Below, one piece after another: positions 1 to 9,892 of a stretch of 64,000 nucleotides of DNA. Source of the DNA: an uncultured delta proteobacterium (GTDB taxonomy: Bacteria; Desulfobacterota; RBG-13-43-22); the NCBI GenBank assembly GCA_963790475.1, contig CAWBOS010000013.1:256001-320000 (forward strand). Reading direction: 5' to 3'. The translations under genes were made by a program, and so were the position numbers. A model generated the notes under the pieces. That model was not told the DNA's origin. It did not search any database and saw nothing but the letters and a program-made list of their open reading frames with translations. Position 1 is the stretch's first letter. Each line of letters begins with the position of its first letter.

Positions 1-3
1 ATA

Positions 4-732
4 ATGATCTATTGGTTTAATGGAAGTTTAGATAAATGCTTGGGGTGCACTCAAGAGGCCTTGCAGCTCGCTCTCCAAGCCGATGACCTATATCTGAAGG
101 GTTTGGCATATTCTAATTGCGGTATTGCCTTTTTAAAAAAAGGTTTATTTCCGGAAGCGGAACAACACATGAAACTGGGTATTGAAATGTGTCAGAAAAC
201 TGATCATGCCAGTCTGCTGCGTACTACCTTTCATAATTTAGAACTACTTTACTATGAGATTGGCAGGTATCAAGAGGCTCAGGAATGCGGAGTCGCCGCT
301 CTTATGCTGGCTGAACGTGTTAGGTTTTATCCTTCTATTGACCGAGTATGGCAACTCCGGGAAGTTGCGTTCGAGGTTCAGAGTGGCCTCAATCCCTCAC
401 TTGATAGGGTTCAAAATTTTGATCTTCGGGAGATAAGAATGAAAATTGCGCAAGGAATGGCAGCTCAGGCCATGGGAGAAATTTATCTCTATCTCGACGA
501 TAAGCACATGGACGAGGCTGAGGACTGGATCAGAAAAGCCATCGATGGGGATGAACAAAACCGGATGCCCTGGGATCTGGCCAGGGATTACGCCCTCTAT
601 GCCGAATTCTTTAAGAAGAAGGGTGATCCAGCACAGGCCAAAGAAAAGCTGAGTAAGGCCATAGAACTGATGCGGGGGTGCGGCGCTGATGGGTGGACAA
701 AGAGATATGAGGAGAGGCTGGCAGGGATGTGA
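4..732 (+). CDS. C-terminal TPR region of a cyclase-STAND-TPR protein (5' part outside window)
   Basis: TPR-like helical repeats; C-terminus (LSKAIELMRGCGADGW) resembles that of the adjacent 769..4146 protein. Confidence 0.7.
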   Translation: MIYWFNGSLDKCLGCTQEALQLALQADDLYLKGLAYSNCGIAFLKKGLFPEAEQHMKLGIEMCQKTDHASLLRTTFHNLELLYYEIGRYQEAQECGVAALMLAERVRFYPSIDRVWQLREVAFEVQSGLNPSLDRVQNFDLREIRMKIAQGMAAQAMGEIYLYLDDKHMDEAEDWIRKAIDGDEQNRMPWDLARDYALYAEFFKKKGDPAQAKEKLSKAIELMRGCGADGWTKRYEERLAGM

Positions 733-768
733 TGAACCAAGTTTCTTCCTACTGATGGAGGGATAAAC

Positions 769-3700
769 ATGAAATGCTTTAAGTGCGGTTTTGAGAACAG
801 GAACGGGGCAAAGTTCTGTGGAAAGTGCAGATCAAAGCTCACACAGTTCTGTCCCTCATGTAACGCAGAAAATCCACCGGAGACCATCTACTGCGATCAA
901 TGCGGCCAGGCCCTGGGAGAAGCCCTTCGCACCTCTCCAACGCCGACCGCTTTTGATAAGGCCCAACCCCAATCCTACACCCCAAAACATTTAGCCGAGA
1001 GGATCCTGAACATCCGCAGTGCCCTGGAAGGGGAGCGTAAGCTGGTCACGGTCATGTTTGCCGATGTGGTGGGCTTCACCAGTCTCTCGGAGAAGCTCGA
1101 ACCAGAAGAAGTGCACCTGATTATGGAAGGCTGCATCAAGATCCTGATGGATGAGATCCATAAGTATGAGGGGACGATCAACCAGTTCACCGGGGATGGG
1201 GTTATGACCCTGTTCGGTGCCCCCCTGGCCCATGAGGACCATGCCCAGCGCGCCTGTTATACGGCCCTGGCCATCCAGAAGGACCTGGCCGAATACAACG
1301 AGAAGATCCAGAAGGATTACGGCCAGGAATTCCGGATGCGTATCGGCCTCAACTCCGGTCCCGTGGTCGTCGGTTCCATCGGGGACGATCTGCACATGGA
1401 TTATACGGCCATCGGAGATACCATCAACCTGGCCTCCCGTATGGAAGGCCTGGCCCAACCCGGGACCGTTCTTCTCTCCAGGCACACCCACCGCCTGGTC
1501 AAGGACTACTTCGATCTGAAACCAATGGGTCCCTTGGAAGTGAAAGGTAAGGAAGAGCCCCAAGAGGCCTTTGAGCTGGTCAAGGTCGGGGGAGCGGCTA
1601 CCAGGCTGGAAGCGTCTATGGCCAGGGGGCTTACCCGGTTTGTGGGCCGACGACGGGAGATCGAAACCCTCCGGGAGGCTTTTATTAAGGTCCAATCAGG
1701 AGAGGGCCAAGTCATGGGCCTGGTCGGCGGAGCCGGGGTGGGAAAATCCAGGCTGATCCTCGAGATGAGGAAGATGTTTCCTCAAGAAGGATATCTTCAT
1801 CTCCAAGGAAGGTGCCTTCACTATGGAAGCTCCATCGCCTTCTCGCCCCTGTTGGACATCCTGAGGTCTTACTTTGAGATCAAAGAGAGCGATCCGGAGT
1901 ATTTAATCAAGCGAAGGATGAGAGAGAAAATCCTTGCCCTTGATGAAAAGCTAAACAATATCCTCCCACCTTTCCAGGAACTTTTATCCCTTATTGGGGA
2001 AGAGGATGCCTATCTGAAGCTTGAGCCCAGGCAGAAAAGAGAAAGGATCTTCGAGTCCCTAAAGGATCTTTTTGTTCGGGAGAGCCAGAACCAGCCCGTG
2101 ATCCTGGTTATAGAGGATCTGCACTGGATCGACAAGACCTCGGAAGAGTTTCTGGATTATTTGATCGGCTGGCTGGCCAATACCTCCATTTTTTTGATCC
2201 TTCTTTACCGGCCCGAGTACATCCACCGCTGGGCCAGTAAATCCTATTACAATAACCTCGGCCTGGATCAATTGTCCGTCAAGGCCAGCGCCGAGTTGGT
2301 TCAGTCCATCCTGGGGGAAGGAGAAATCGTCCCCGAGCTGAAAGACCTGATCCTGGGGAAAGCCGAGGGTAACCCTCTTTTTATGGAGGAGCTGACCCTT
2401 AGCCTGCTGGAGAACGGTTCTATCCTGAAAACCGGAGATCAATATGTTCTGAGCAAAAAGGCTTCAGACATTCAAGTCCCTGATACCATCCAGGGGATCA
2501 TCGCGGCCCGGATAGATCGTTTGGAGGAGAGTCTGAAGAGAATCATACAGGTAGCCTCGGTCATCGGGAGAGAATTTCCGTTCCGTATCCTTCAGGCCAT
2601 TGTGGAGATGAAAGAAGAGTTGAAATTCCACCTCATCAATCTTCAAAGCCACGAGTTCATCTACGAGAAGAGACTTCTCCCGGAACTGGAGTACATCTTC
2701 AAGCATGCCCTGACCCGGGAAGTGGCCTATAACAGCCTGCTTTTAAAAAGGAGAAAAGAGATCCACGAGAAGACCGGCAAGGCCATAGAAGGGCTCTATC
2801 AGGAAAGGCTGGAGGAGTTTTATGAGGTGCTGGCCTATCATTATTCCCGGAGCGATAGCCTGGACAAGGCCTGCCAGTATTTGAAATTATCCAGGAAGAA
2901 GTCCACCCAGAACAATTCTGTTTGGGAGGCCTATCGTTTTTACCAGGAAACACTTAGCCTCCTCAAGCAGATGCCGGAAACGGAGGAAAACAATAGGGAG
3001 CAGGTCGAGGTCATTCTATTAATGGCGGTTCCGATGAGAATGCTGGCTTATCCGGGAGATTCCTTCAAGTTCCTTCAAGAGGGGGAGAGGCTGGTCAAAG
3101 AGCTTAAGGATGGAAAAAGCAGGACATACTTAAAAAACTTCATAGGCCTATATTATTCCCAAAGAGGGGATCCCCTGCTGGGAAGAAAATATCTGGAGGA
3201 TTCTTTTGCCGAGGCCGAAAAGATACAGGATATTGAGATAATCGCCCCGGCCAGCATTGGCCTTTGTGTTTCTTATACAGTTGAAGGAGAGTATAAAAAA
3301 ATAGTACTTATAGCTCCCAAGGCCATCGCCCTGCTGGAGAAAACGCACCGGGAGTCTGAATTTTTTGGGTCAACTGGCAATCCATATTCGCAATTGCAAG
3401 GCTGGTATGGGCGTAGCTTGGCAGCTTTGGGAGAATTCAGGACCGGAGAGCAGTTATTGGAAAAGGCCCTTTCTTCTGCGCAGAAGAGCAATCATCTCTT
3501 TAGCATTGGCGGGGTAGAATTGCAGTATGGGATTCTATTTATGTTTAAAGGGGATGGAGAAAATATCATAAAACATTGTCAGAGTGCCATTGAATATTTT
3601 GAAAAATCGCAAGCGGTTGTCCTTTTACCAAGTGTCTGGAGTTTCATCGGTTTTGGATATTATTTTTTGGGCGAGCTTACAAGCGCTTTAGCGTTCATGG

Positions 3701-4146
3701 AAAAAGGCCTTAAGATGCAACAGGATATCGGATTACCCCTCTATTTGTCCTTGATTCATTCCTGCTTAAGTATGTTTCATGGTGATTCAGGCCATTGGGA
3801 AGAAGCCAAGGTCCAGGCAGAGCAGGCGCTGAAGTTCGCCCAAACAAATTTTGAAAAATTTTTTGAAGGGTTATCATGGCTTCTTCTGGGAAGGACCGTT
3901 GGAAAAATGGAAAAAGCACAACTCGATATAGCAGAGGAGTATATCCTAAAAGGAATGAAGATATTGGAGGAACTGGGGATCAAACCAATTCTTTCCATAG
4001 GCAATTTTTACTTCGGGGAGCTTTATGCCGATGCGGTTCAGAAAGAAAAAGCCCTGGAACACCTAATGAATGCCGAAGCCTTGTTTCAGGAGATGGGAAT
4101 GGATTATTGGCTGGGGAGGACCCGGGAGATGTTGGGGAAGCTCTGA
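769..4146 (+). CDS. Double zinc ribbon + class III nucleotide cyclase + AAA_16/STAND ATPase + TPR protein
   Basis: Four CxxC pairs; FADVVGFT, FTGDG, GDTINLASRME; Walker A GGAGVGKS; Walker B VIEDLHWID; GNPLF; TPRs; GGAGG RBS. Confidence 0.92.
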   Translation: MKCFKCGFENRNGAKFCGKCRSKLTQFCPSCNAENPPETIYCDQCGQALGEALRTSPTPTAFDKAQPQSYTPKHLAERILNIRSALEGERKLVTVMFADVVGFTSLSEKLEPEEVHLIMEGCIKILMDEIHKYEGTINQFTGDGVMTLFGAPLAHEDHAQRACYTALAIQKDLAEYNEKIQKDYGQEFRMRIGLNSGPVVVGSIGDDLHMDYTAIGDTINLASRMEGLAQPGTVLLSRHTHRLVKDYFDLKPMGPLEVKGKEEPQEAFELVKVGGAATRLEASMARGLTRFVGRRREIETLREAFIKVQSGEGQVMGLVGGAGVGKSRLILEMRKMFPQEGYLHLQGRCLHYGSSIAFSPLLDILRSYFEIKESDPEYLIKRRMREKILALDEKLNNILPPFQELLSLIGEEDAYLKLEPRQKRERIFESLKDLFVRESQNQPVILVIEDLHWIDKTSEEFLDYLIGWLANTSIFLILLYRPEYIHRWASKSYYNNLGLDQLSVKASAELVQSILGEGEIVPELKDLILGKAEGNPLFMEELTLSLLENGSILKTGDQYVLSKKASDIQVPDTIQGIIAARIDRLEESLKRIIQVASVIGREFPFRILQAIVEMKEELKFHLINLQSHEFIYEKRLLPELEYIFKHALTREVAYNSLLLKRRKEIHEKTGKAIEGLYQERLEEFYEVLAYHYSRSDSLDKACQYLKLSRKKSTQNNSVWEAYRFYQETLSLLKQMPETEENNREQVEVILLMAVPMRMLAYPGDSFKFLQEGERLVKELKDGKSRTYLKNFIGLYYSQRGDPLLGRKYLEDSFAEAEKIQDIEIIAPASIGLCVSYTVEGEYKKIVLIAPKAIALLEKTHRESEFFGSTGNPYSQLQGWYGRSLAALGEFRTGEQLLEKALSSAQKSNHLFSIGGVELQYGILFMFKGDGENIIKHCQSAIEYFEKSQAVVLLPSVWSFIGFGYYFLGELTSALAFMEKGLKMQQDIGLPLYLSLIHSCLSMFHGDSGHWEEAKVQAEQALKFAQTNFEKFFEGLSWLLLGRTVGKMEKAQLDIAEEYILKGMKILEELGIKPILSIGNFYFGELYADAVQKEKALEHLMNAEALFQEMGMDYWLGRTREMLGKL

Positions 4147-4270
4147 TGAGAAGAGAACCAATGTCCGGATTAGAAACGGCCCATTTTTTTTGCACAGTTC
4201 AAATAGTAAGTGTTAATTTTTCGGAGTGGCAAGATAAAGCATTGTAGGTGTAAGCGATTGAAGAGTTATC

Positions 4271-4298
4271 TTGACACTGTCCGTCAACCCCAAATACT
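4271..4298 (+). promoter_or_regulatory. Putative sigma70 promoter upstream of leader copy 1
   Basis: TTGACA-N16-AATACT. Confidence 0.45.
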
Positions 4299-4323
4299 GG
4301 TCAGAACAAAAAATTTTAGTAAA

Positions 4324-4425
4324 CATCCCAACCGAACCCCAACCTTTTTGGAGCGGGAAATGAAGTGGGAGTTTCAGAAAGTACCAATATGACGCCTCCA
4401 TGAAGGGTCATCCCTTTGTGGAGGC
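4324..4425 (+). ncRNA. Repeated leader element copy 1 (candidate riboswitch/attenuator; uORF MKWEFQKVPI 4360-4392)
   Basis: CATCCCAAC...GGAG...ATGAAGTGGGAGTTTCAGAAAGTACCAATATGA followed by GCCTCCA/TGGAGGC hairpin; weak T tail in this copy. Confidence 0.6.
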
Positions 4426-4537
4426 TCTCCGGTTGGTTCGGTGGAAACCAATGGTTCAAATAGCATAAGGATGAAAACAAACCGACATTCATATTACCTA
4501 TCCCCCTAAGAGTGGTGGAATTGAAAAGGAGGTAAAA

Positions 4538-4828
4538 ATGGGAAGATATTTACTAATATGGGAAGCCGATGAGAGCAAAATTCCTATTAATCCTGAAGAG
4601 CGCAAGGTTGGATGGTTGGCTGCGATTGAAATGACAAAGCAGGATATTAAGACTGGGTTGACCAAGGATTGGGGATCATTTCTTGGACAAACCAAGGGAT
4701 TTAGTATCACTGAAGGGACTGAGGACGATGTTATTAGGGAAACCCTGAAGTATATCCCCTACTTTCGATTCAAATTATACCCTTTAGTATCCATTGAAAA
4801 ATTAGAAGCAGCCATAAAAGCTATATAA
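4538..4828 (+). CDS. Small alpha+beta barrel protein (DUF3303/muconolactone isomerase-like)
   Basis: AGGAGG RBS; 96 aa; clear paralog of 5919..6212 (YLLxWEAD, PxER, KDWGxF, EGTE, YIPxxxF). Confidence 0.7.
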   Translation: MGRYLLIWEADESKIPINPEERKVGWLAAIEMTKQDIKTGLTKDWGSFLGQTKGFSITEGTEDDVIRETLKYIPYFRFKLYPLVSIEKLEAAIKAI

Positions 4829-4889
4829 TTGGTTGAATGAAACTATGAACCTTAGGCAGGGTCAAAAGGCCCTGCCTGTAATCCTTGTG

Positions 4890-4970
4890 AAATGGGCTAT
4901 GAAGTGGGAGTTTCGGAAGGTTCCATTGTGAAGCATCTTTGGGGAATCAAACCCTGTAGAGGCTTTTTTG
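4890..4970 (+). ncRNA. Repeated leader element copy 2 (uORF MKWEFRKVPL 4899-4931, terminator 4931-4970)
   Basis: ATGAAGTGGGAGTTTCGGAAGGTTCCATTGTGA, then AAGCATCT...AGAGGCTTTTTT. Confidence 0.55.
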
Positions 4971-4998
4971 CTTTAACCATTTAAGAAAGGAATGAGAC

Positions 4999-5286
4999 AT
5001 GAGTGCATATGTAATCTTCGATGTGGAAATCCGCGACCTTGCACGTTATCAGGAGTATATGAAAGCTGTGAAGCCCGCCGTCGAAGCAGCTGGAGGAAAG
5101 TATCTTTCACGAGGAGGAGCACATAAGGTTTACGAAGGGGACTGGCAGCCAAGGCGAGTTGTGCTTCTTGAGTTTCCGTCCATGGCAGCAATTGAAGATT
5201 TCTATAATGGATCCATATACCGCGAACTCAAAAGCATGAGAGACGAGTGCAGTTCTGCTCGGGCCGTAAGTGTTGAAGGCATTTAG
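4999..5286 (+). CDS. DUF1330 domain protein (dimeric alpha+beta barrel)
   Basis: MSAYVIFDVEI, GGKYLSRGG, EGDWQPRRVVLLEFPS motifs. Confidence 0.9.
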   Translation: MSAYVIFDVEIRDLARYQEYMKAVKPAVEAAGGKYLSRGGAHKVYEGDWQPRRVVLLEFPSMAAIEDFYNGSIYRELKSMRDECSSARAVSVEGI

Positions 5287-5319
5287 TCAAAATATCACGC
5301 CAATGGCAACAGTGATGCC

Positions 5320-5420
5320 TAACTCAAACCTATTTGAAGAGGGAATGAAGTGGAATTTTCAGAAAGTACCAATACGAAGCCTCCATGAAGGGTTATCCCT
5401 TTGTGGAGGCTTATTTTTTT
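5320..5420 (+). ncRNA. Repeated leader element copy 3 (terminator 5377-5420)
   Basis: ATGAAGTGGAATTTTCAGAAAGTACCAATACG then AAGCCTCCATGAAGGG...CCCTTTGTGGAGGCTTATTTTTTT. Confidence 0.6.
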
Positions 5421-5488
5421 AATAACTAATTCTTCTTAATCCCATTTTACATTCAAATTTTTCCATTTAAATGAAAGGAGACAAAACA

Positions 5489-5809
5489 ATGCCTTAACTG
5501 ATAACAACCTTTTTATATCCAACCGATATAGTGCCTAAGGTGAGGGAGAGATATCAAGAAGCGTCAACAAAATATCCTCCTGATGAGAAATTGTATACCA
5601 CGCTTGTTCCAGTCGCTGCAAAAGCAACTCATGAAGGCATGCAGACAATAAATATTGTAGAAGTCAAGAAAGGAAAACTGGATGAAGCCTATCTTTATTT
5701 AGGAAAGATCATGAATATGTTCCAAAGTATCCAGGGTATTGAATACAGACTAGACATTTATGCTACGCTGGAAGATGGGACTAGTATGGTCCCAACTGGG
5801 CAATACTAA
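5489..5809 (+). pseudogene. Small barrel-like hypothetical protein with TAA at codon 3 (ORF track starts it at GTG 5531)
   Basis: AAGGAG RBS, then ATG CCT TAA CTG ATA ACA ACC... in frame with 5531..5809. Confidence 0.6.
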
Positions 5810-5918
5810 AATAGAAGACAAGGGGAAAACGCATAATTGTTTTGTATATATGTAATCGTCATCCGGGCTGTGACATTTACCTATAATTATAGATGACCTT
5901 TAAAAGGAGAGAAAAATC

Positions 5919-6212
5919 ATGGGAAAATATTTACTTTGGGAAGCTGACTGGACGAAAGTAGCTGTGGATCCGAAAGAGCGAGGAACTGGATGGAGTGTTG
6001 CGCAGGAAATGGTTTTGCAAAACCTTAAAAAAGGTATAATGAAAGATTGGGGATGCTTCGTATCGGAAGTTAACGGGTATGCCGTCGCTGAAGGAACTGA
6101 GGTTGAAGTTACGAACATGGTACTACAGTATATTCCTTTCTACAAGTTCACGGCAAAACCAATCGCTTCAATCAGTCAAGTAATGGAATCAACAAAAGCC
6201 ATGATGAAGTGA
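5919..6212 (+). CDS. Small alpha+beta barrel protein, paralog of 4538..4828
   Basis: AGGAG RBS; aligns end to end with 4538..4828. Confidence 0.72.
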   Translation: MGKYLLWEADWTKVAVDPKERGTGWSVAQEMVLQNLKKGIMKDWGCFVSEVNGYAVAEGTEVEVTNMVLQYIPFYKFTAKPIASISQVMESTKAMMK

Positions 6213-6282
6213 ATGTGCAGTTTCACCGATTGAGCGAGTGATTTTTTTCTGTCCGGATAATAGTAAGCAAACTCTTTTAAGG

Positions 6283-6314
6283 AAGGCAGAGTCATCCTGG
6301 CTCTGCCTTTTTTT
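6283..6314 (+). terminator. Intrinsic terminator
   Basis: AAGGCAGAG...CTCTGCCTT followed by T-run. Confidence 0.8.
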
Positions 6315-6523
6315 GCATATTTGAAATGGTAATCCTTAATTTTTAGTCCAGCTCCCAAGCAAGAGTTGTAGGTGTAATGGGTTAATTGGGGGGAGAACGC
6401 AATTTCTCGAGTGATTTAAAGTAGTTCTTCCTGAAATCCTCAAACTAACAATGTGAAAAAAACGCAAGAGTTTAAACCGTAATCAACCTCACTATTCGAT
6501 TAGCCTTCCTTTTTCTCTTAATG

Positions 6524-7830
6524 TTATCGGTTTGGTTTTTGTTGAAAACTTAGATCCGCTCCATAGGATGTTCCTGCACTGTTGGTGGCCACAAGGCGGT
6601 AATGATAAACGGTATAAAATCTCAGTCCGGTTATTCTGGCCGTAGCAGCAACATAACCTGTCCCGCTTCCGGCTGAATTAACCGTCGTGGCAGACCCGTA
6701 GGAAGTGGTCCGCCCCCACTGAAAGATATAGGTCGTTGATAAGCCGTTGGGATTAACCGTTCCATTCAAAGTGGCGGAATTAAAAATCACAGACGAGGCC
6801 GCGCCGGTATTGGCCACCGGTGCCTTGGTAACCGCAGAGAAAGTTGCTGTCACATTGAGATTCGAGTTCATGGTTACCCGGCAGGTGGACAATGTTCCAG
6901 AACAGGCACCTGACCATCCTCCGAAAACAGAGGTGGCATCAGGAATAGCTGTTAAGGTGACTCCCGTACCAGAAGCGAAAGTGGTCCCTACCGGATTAGT
7001 GGAGACATTGCCATTACCTGTCCCATTTTTGCTAACAGTGAGGGTATAAGTTGCTGAGGAAATAAGCGAAAAAAAGCTGCTATGGTGTGATTGGCGCTTA
7101 CGGAAGAAAAGGTGTAGGAAGTAATCGATCCTTTTGAGACACCGTCCACATTCACATTGGCAACCTTGTAACCGGAATTGGGGGTAATAGTGAATGTCTG
7201 TCCGCCCCCTGCCGGAACAGAAACCTGTCCGGAAGGGGAAATAGTCCCGCCAGATCCGGCCGAAGAAGTGATAATGTAAGCGGCCGAACCGTTTTCACTC
7301 ACCGTAAACACATTCCCGGCGACAGTCAGACTGTCTGAGCGGGTAATGCCGGTGTTGGGAGAAACCGTATACCTCATTGTTCCACTTCCAATACCGGACC
7401 CCGAATTAATCGTTATCCAGGAGGCAGAAGCCGAAGTCCCCCAATTACAACCAGCCTGAGTAGTGATGGACACACTTCCCGACCCACCGGAGGAGGGAAA
7501 AGAGGCACTTGAAGGGGATATGGCGTAGGTGCAGGAAGGGACCGTATAAATTACCTCATTGGAGAACCCGCTCTCTAACCCCTGGCTATTATAAGCAGTA
7601 GCCGCAATATAGTAAGTCAGTCCCAAAGTCAGGCCATTTAAAATGTAGGTGGTTACGTTACCCACATCTATTCTATTCTGGTAGTTTCCTGATTGCGTCC
7701 CGGAATAGATCTTATAACCGGCCAAGTCCGATTCGCTGTTGGGATCCCAAGTAAGTGAGACCTGAGCACAATGACCTGGCGGGCCAAGATTAGAAAAAAG
7801 TACTTCTATTTGTAAAGTACGGCCCGGCAT
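6524..7830 (-). pseudogene. Surface/secreted protein with FN3, BACON-like and InlB B-repeat-like domains; +1 frameshift at A7 run 7049-7055; N-terminus replaced by a repeat
   Basis: WDPNSESDLAGYKIY (FN3), CTYAISP...CNW (BACON), TITPNSGYKVANVNVDG; removing one base joins 6988..7830 to 6524..6892 through GGWSGACSG. Confidence 0.75.
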
Positions 7831-7911
7831 AATCCCGTTTTCTTCAGAAGACCCCCTCCACCCCCCTGCCTTCTTTTTTTTCTTGAGCTTGCCTTTCCCT
7901 TGTTATAGACT
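7802..7911 (+). repeat. ~90 bp promoter-bearing repeat, copy A
   Basis: Near-identical to 9778-9872; ends in TTGAGC(7883)-N17-TAGACT(7906). Confidence 0.85.
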
Positions 7912-7982
7912 GATTCTATTAAAAGCAATCTCTTATCAAAAATTCATCAGGAGGCATAACAATAAAAAAAGGAGGAAAAAAT

Positions 7983-9698
7983 ATGAGCCCAAAGACCTTT
8001 TATCCCGAGTACAGTAAAAATTACCCTCTTCTGATCACGAACTTTATGAAAAGACCGCTAAGCATGTATCCGGATGATATCGCTACCGTCTATCGGAACG
8101 ATGATGGCAAGTATTTCCGGTTCACCTGGAGGGAATGGTACGCGCGCACCTGCCAGCATGCCCACCTCCTCAAGGCCTTAGGGGTTAAAGAGGGTGACCG
8201 GGTCGGCGCCATGGCGCTGAATCACCACCGCCATCTGGAGAACATTTTTGCCACCGTTGGCATAGGGGCGATTTCCCACCCCATCAATATCAGACTTTCA
8301 TTGGATCATATTGGCTACGTCATCACTCATGCCGAGGATTATGTCATCTTTTTTGATGAGATCCTCCTGCCTTTGGTCGAACTCCTTTACGACCGAATCA
8401 AGCCGGCCGTGAAAAAATTTGTCTATATGTCCGATAAACCGGGCCTGCCCAAGACCAAGATCGAGCCTCTGGTCGAATTCGAGGCCTTATTGAAGGAACA
8501 GCCGACCACCTTCGATTGGCCGGAATTGAGTGAAGACACGCATGCTGCACTTTATTACACCACCGGCACGACCGGTCTGCCTAAAGGGGCGCTGTACACC
8601 CATCGCCAGATTTATCTGCAATGTATTCATTCACTAGAAAGGGTGGGCAATTCGGTAACGCTGCCTGACGACCCGCCGCGACCTAATCAAACAAATTTTT
8701 TCGCAGTTATCCCCTTTTTCCATATCCATGCCTGGGGAACGCCCTTCATGATGGTTCATTCGGCGGCCAAGATGGTTTTTTCGAGCAAATATACCCCGGA
8801 TAGTTTCTGCGAGCTCATTCAGAATGAAAAAGTAAATGCCGCTGTGATGGTGCCGACCATGCTGGCCATGCTTTTGGAATACCCGGATCTCGATAAGTGG
8901 GATCTTACCAGTCTGGCCAGCATAACCATCGGAGGAGGCGCCTTACCACTTGGTTTAAAGAACAAAGCCGAAAAGCTTTTCCCCCATATGAGGGCCTCAT
9001 CCGGCTACGGTATGTCGGAAACGATGGCCGGTGTTATCACCGCCGTATTAAAAAGAGACATGGAGACTTGGCCGAAAGAGGAGATTGACAAGGTCCTGGT
9101 CAAGACCGGATTGCCGATGCTTCCTGCGATAGACGCCCGTGTCGTTGATGAGAACGGCAAGGATGTGCCTCACGATAACGAAACGATCGGCGAGATCATC
9201 CTGCGGGGCCATTGGATAACGGAACAGTACTTCAAAGATCCGGAGAAGACGGCCGTTGCCTGGCGGGGCGGTTGGTTCCACACCGGCGATGCGGCCAAAA
9301 TTGATCGGGACGGCTATATTATCATCGCGGATCGAATAACCGATGTCATCAGAAGCGGCTCCGAAATGGTACCCACGGTTCTTCTAGAGAATTTGACAAG
9401 CAATGCCGATTTCGTCTTGGAGGCCACCTATGTCGGTATCCCTGATGAAAAGTGGGGAGAAATACCGATGGCCCTGGTAAAGACAACGACCGGATCGAAC
9501 AAGAAAGAGGAGGATATCCTCAGTTTCCTCCAGGAAGAGGGCGTTGACAAAGGAAAGATTACCAAATGGATGCTTCCTGTATATGTCGCCTTTGTCGACG
9601 ATATCCCCAAGACAAGCGTTGGCAAATACGACAAGATAGCCGTCAGGAAGCAAATAGAGGAGTTTAAAGCCAAAGCCAAAAAGGTGCGTTCGGTATAA
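7983..9698 (+). CDS. Long/medium-chain fatty acid-CoA ligase (AlkK-like)
   Basis: YTTGTTGLPKG, GYGMSET, WFHTGD, PKTSVGK motifs; AGGAGG RBS. Confidence 0.92.
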   Translation: MSPKTFYPEYSKNYPLLITNFMKRPLSMYPDDIATVYRNDDGKYFRFTWREWYARTCQHAHLLKALGVKEGDRVGAMALNHHRHLENIFATVGIGAISHPINIRLSLDHIGYVITHAEDYVIFFDEILLPLVELLYDRIKPAVKKFVYMSDKPGLPKTKIEPLVEFEALLKEQPTTFDWPELSEDTHAALYYTTGTTGLPKGALYTHRQIYLQCIHSLERVGNSVTLPDDPPRPNQTNFFAVIPFFHIHAWGTPFMMVHSAAKMVFSSKYTPDSFCELIQNEKVNAAVMVPTMLAMLLEYPDLDKWDLTSLASITIGGGALPLGLKNKAEKLFPHMRASSGYGMSETMAGVITAVLKRDMETWPKEEIDKVLVKTGLPMLPAIDARVVDENGKDVPHDNETIGEIILRGHWITEQYFKDPEKTAVAWRGGWFHTGDAAKIDRDGYIIIADRITDVIRSGSEMVPTVLLENLTSNADFVLEATYVGIPDEKWGEIPMALVKTTTGSNKKEEDILSFLQEEGVDKGKITKWMLPVYVAFVDDIPKTSVGKYDKIAVRKQIEEFKAKAKKVRSV

Positions 9699-9740
9699 AA
9701 CGCATCTTCCGACATTCACATTATTTAACTTGATAAGCTC

Positions 9741-9774
9741 AAAGCCGCCATATTAACCTATGGCGGCTTTTTTA
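9741..9774 (+). terminator. Intrinsic terminator
   Basis: AAAGCCGCCATA...TATGGCGGCTTTTTT. Confidence 0.85.
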
Positions 9775-9777
9775 TTG

Positions 9778-9892
9778 ACTTCTATTTGTAAAGTAAGGCC
9801 CGGCATAATCCCGTTTTCTTCAGAAGACCCCCTCCACCCCCCCTGCCTTCCTTTTTTTTCTTCTTGAGCTTGTACCAACCTTTCCTTATACT
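9778..9892 (+). repeat. ~90 bp promoter-bearing repeat, copy B
   Basis: Near-identical to copy A; ends in TTGAGC(9864)-N17-TATACT(9887). Confidence 0.85.

Noticed and set aside
4324-5420. Leader repeats as CRISPR array or integron attC sites
   Set aside because: Spacers are whole genes, repeats are diverged, no cas or integrase, no clear RYYYAAC/GTTRRRY ends
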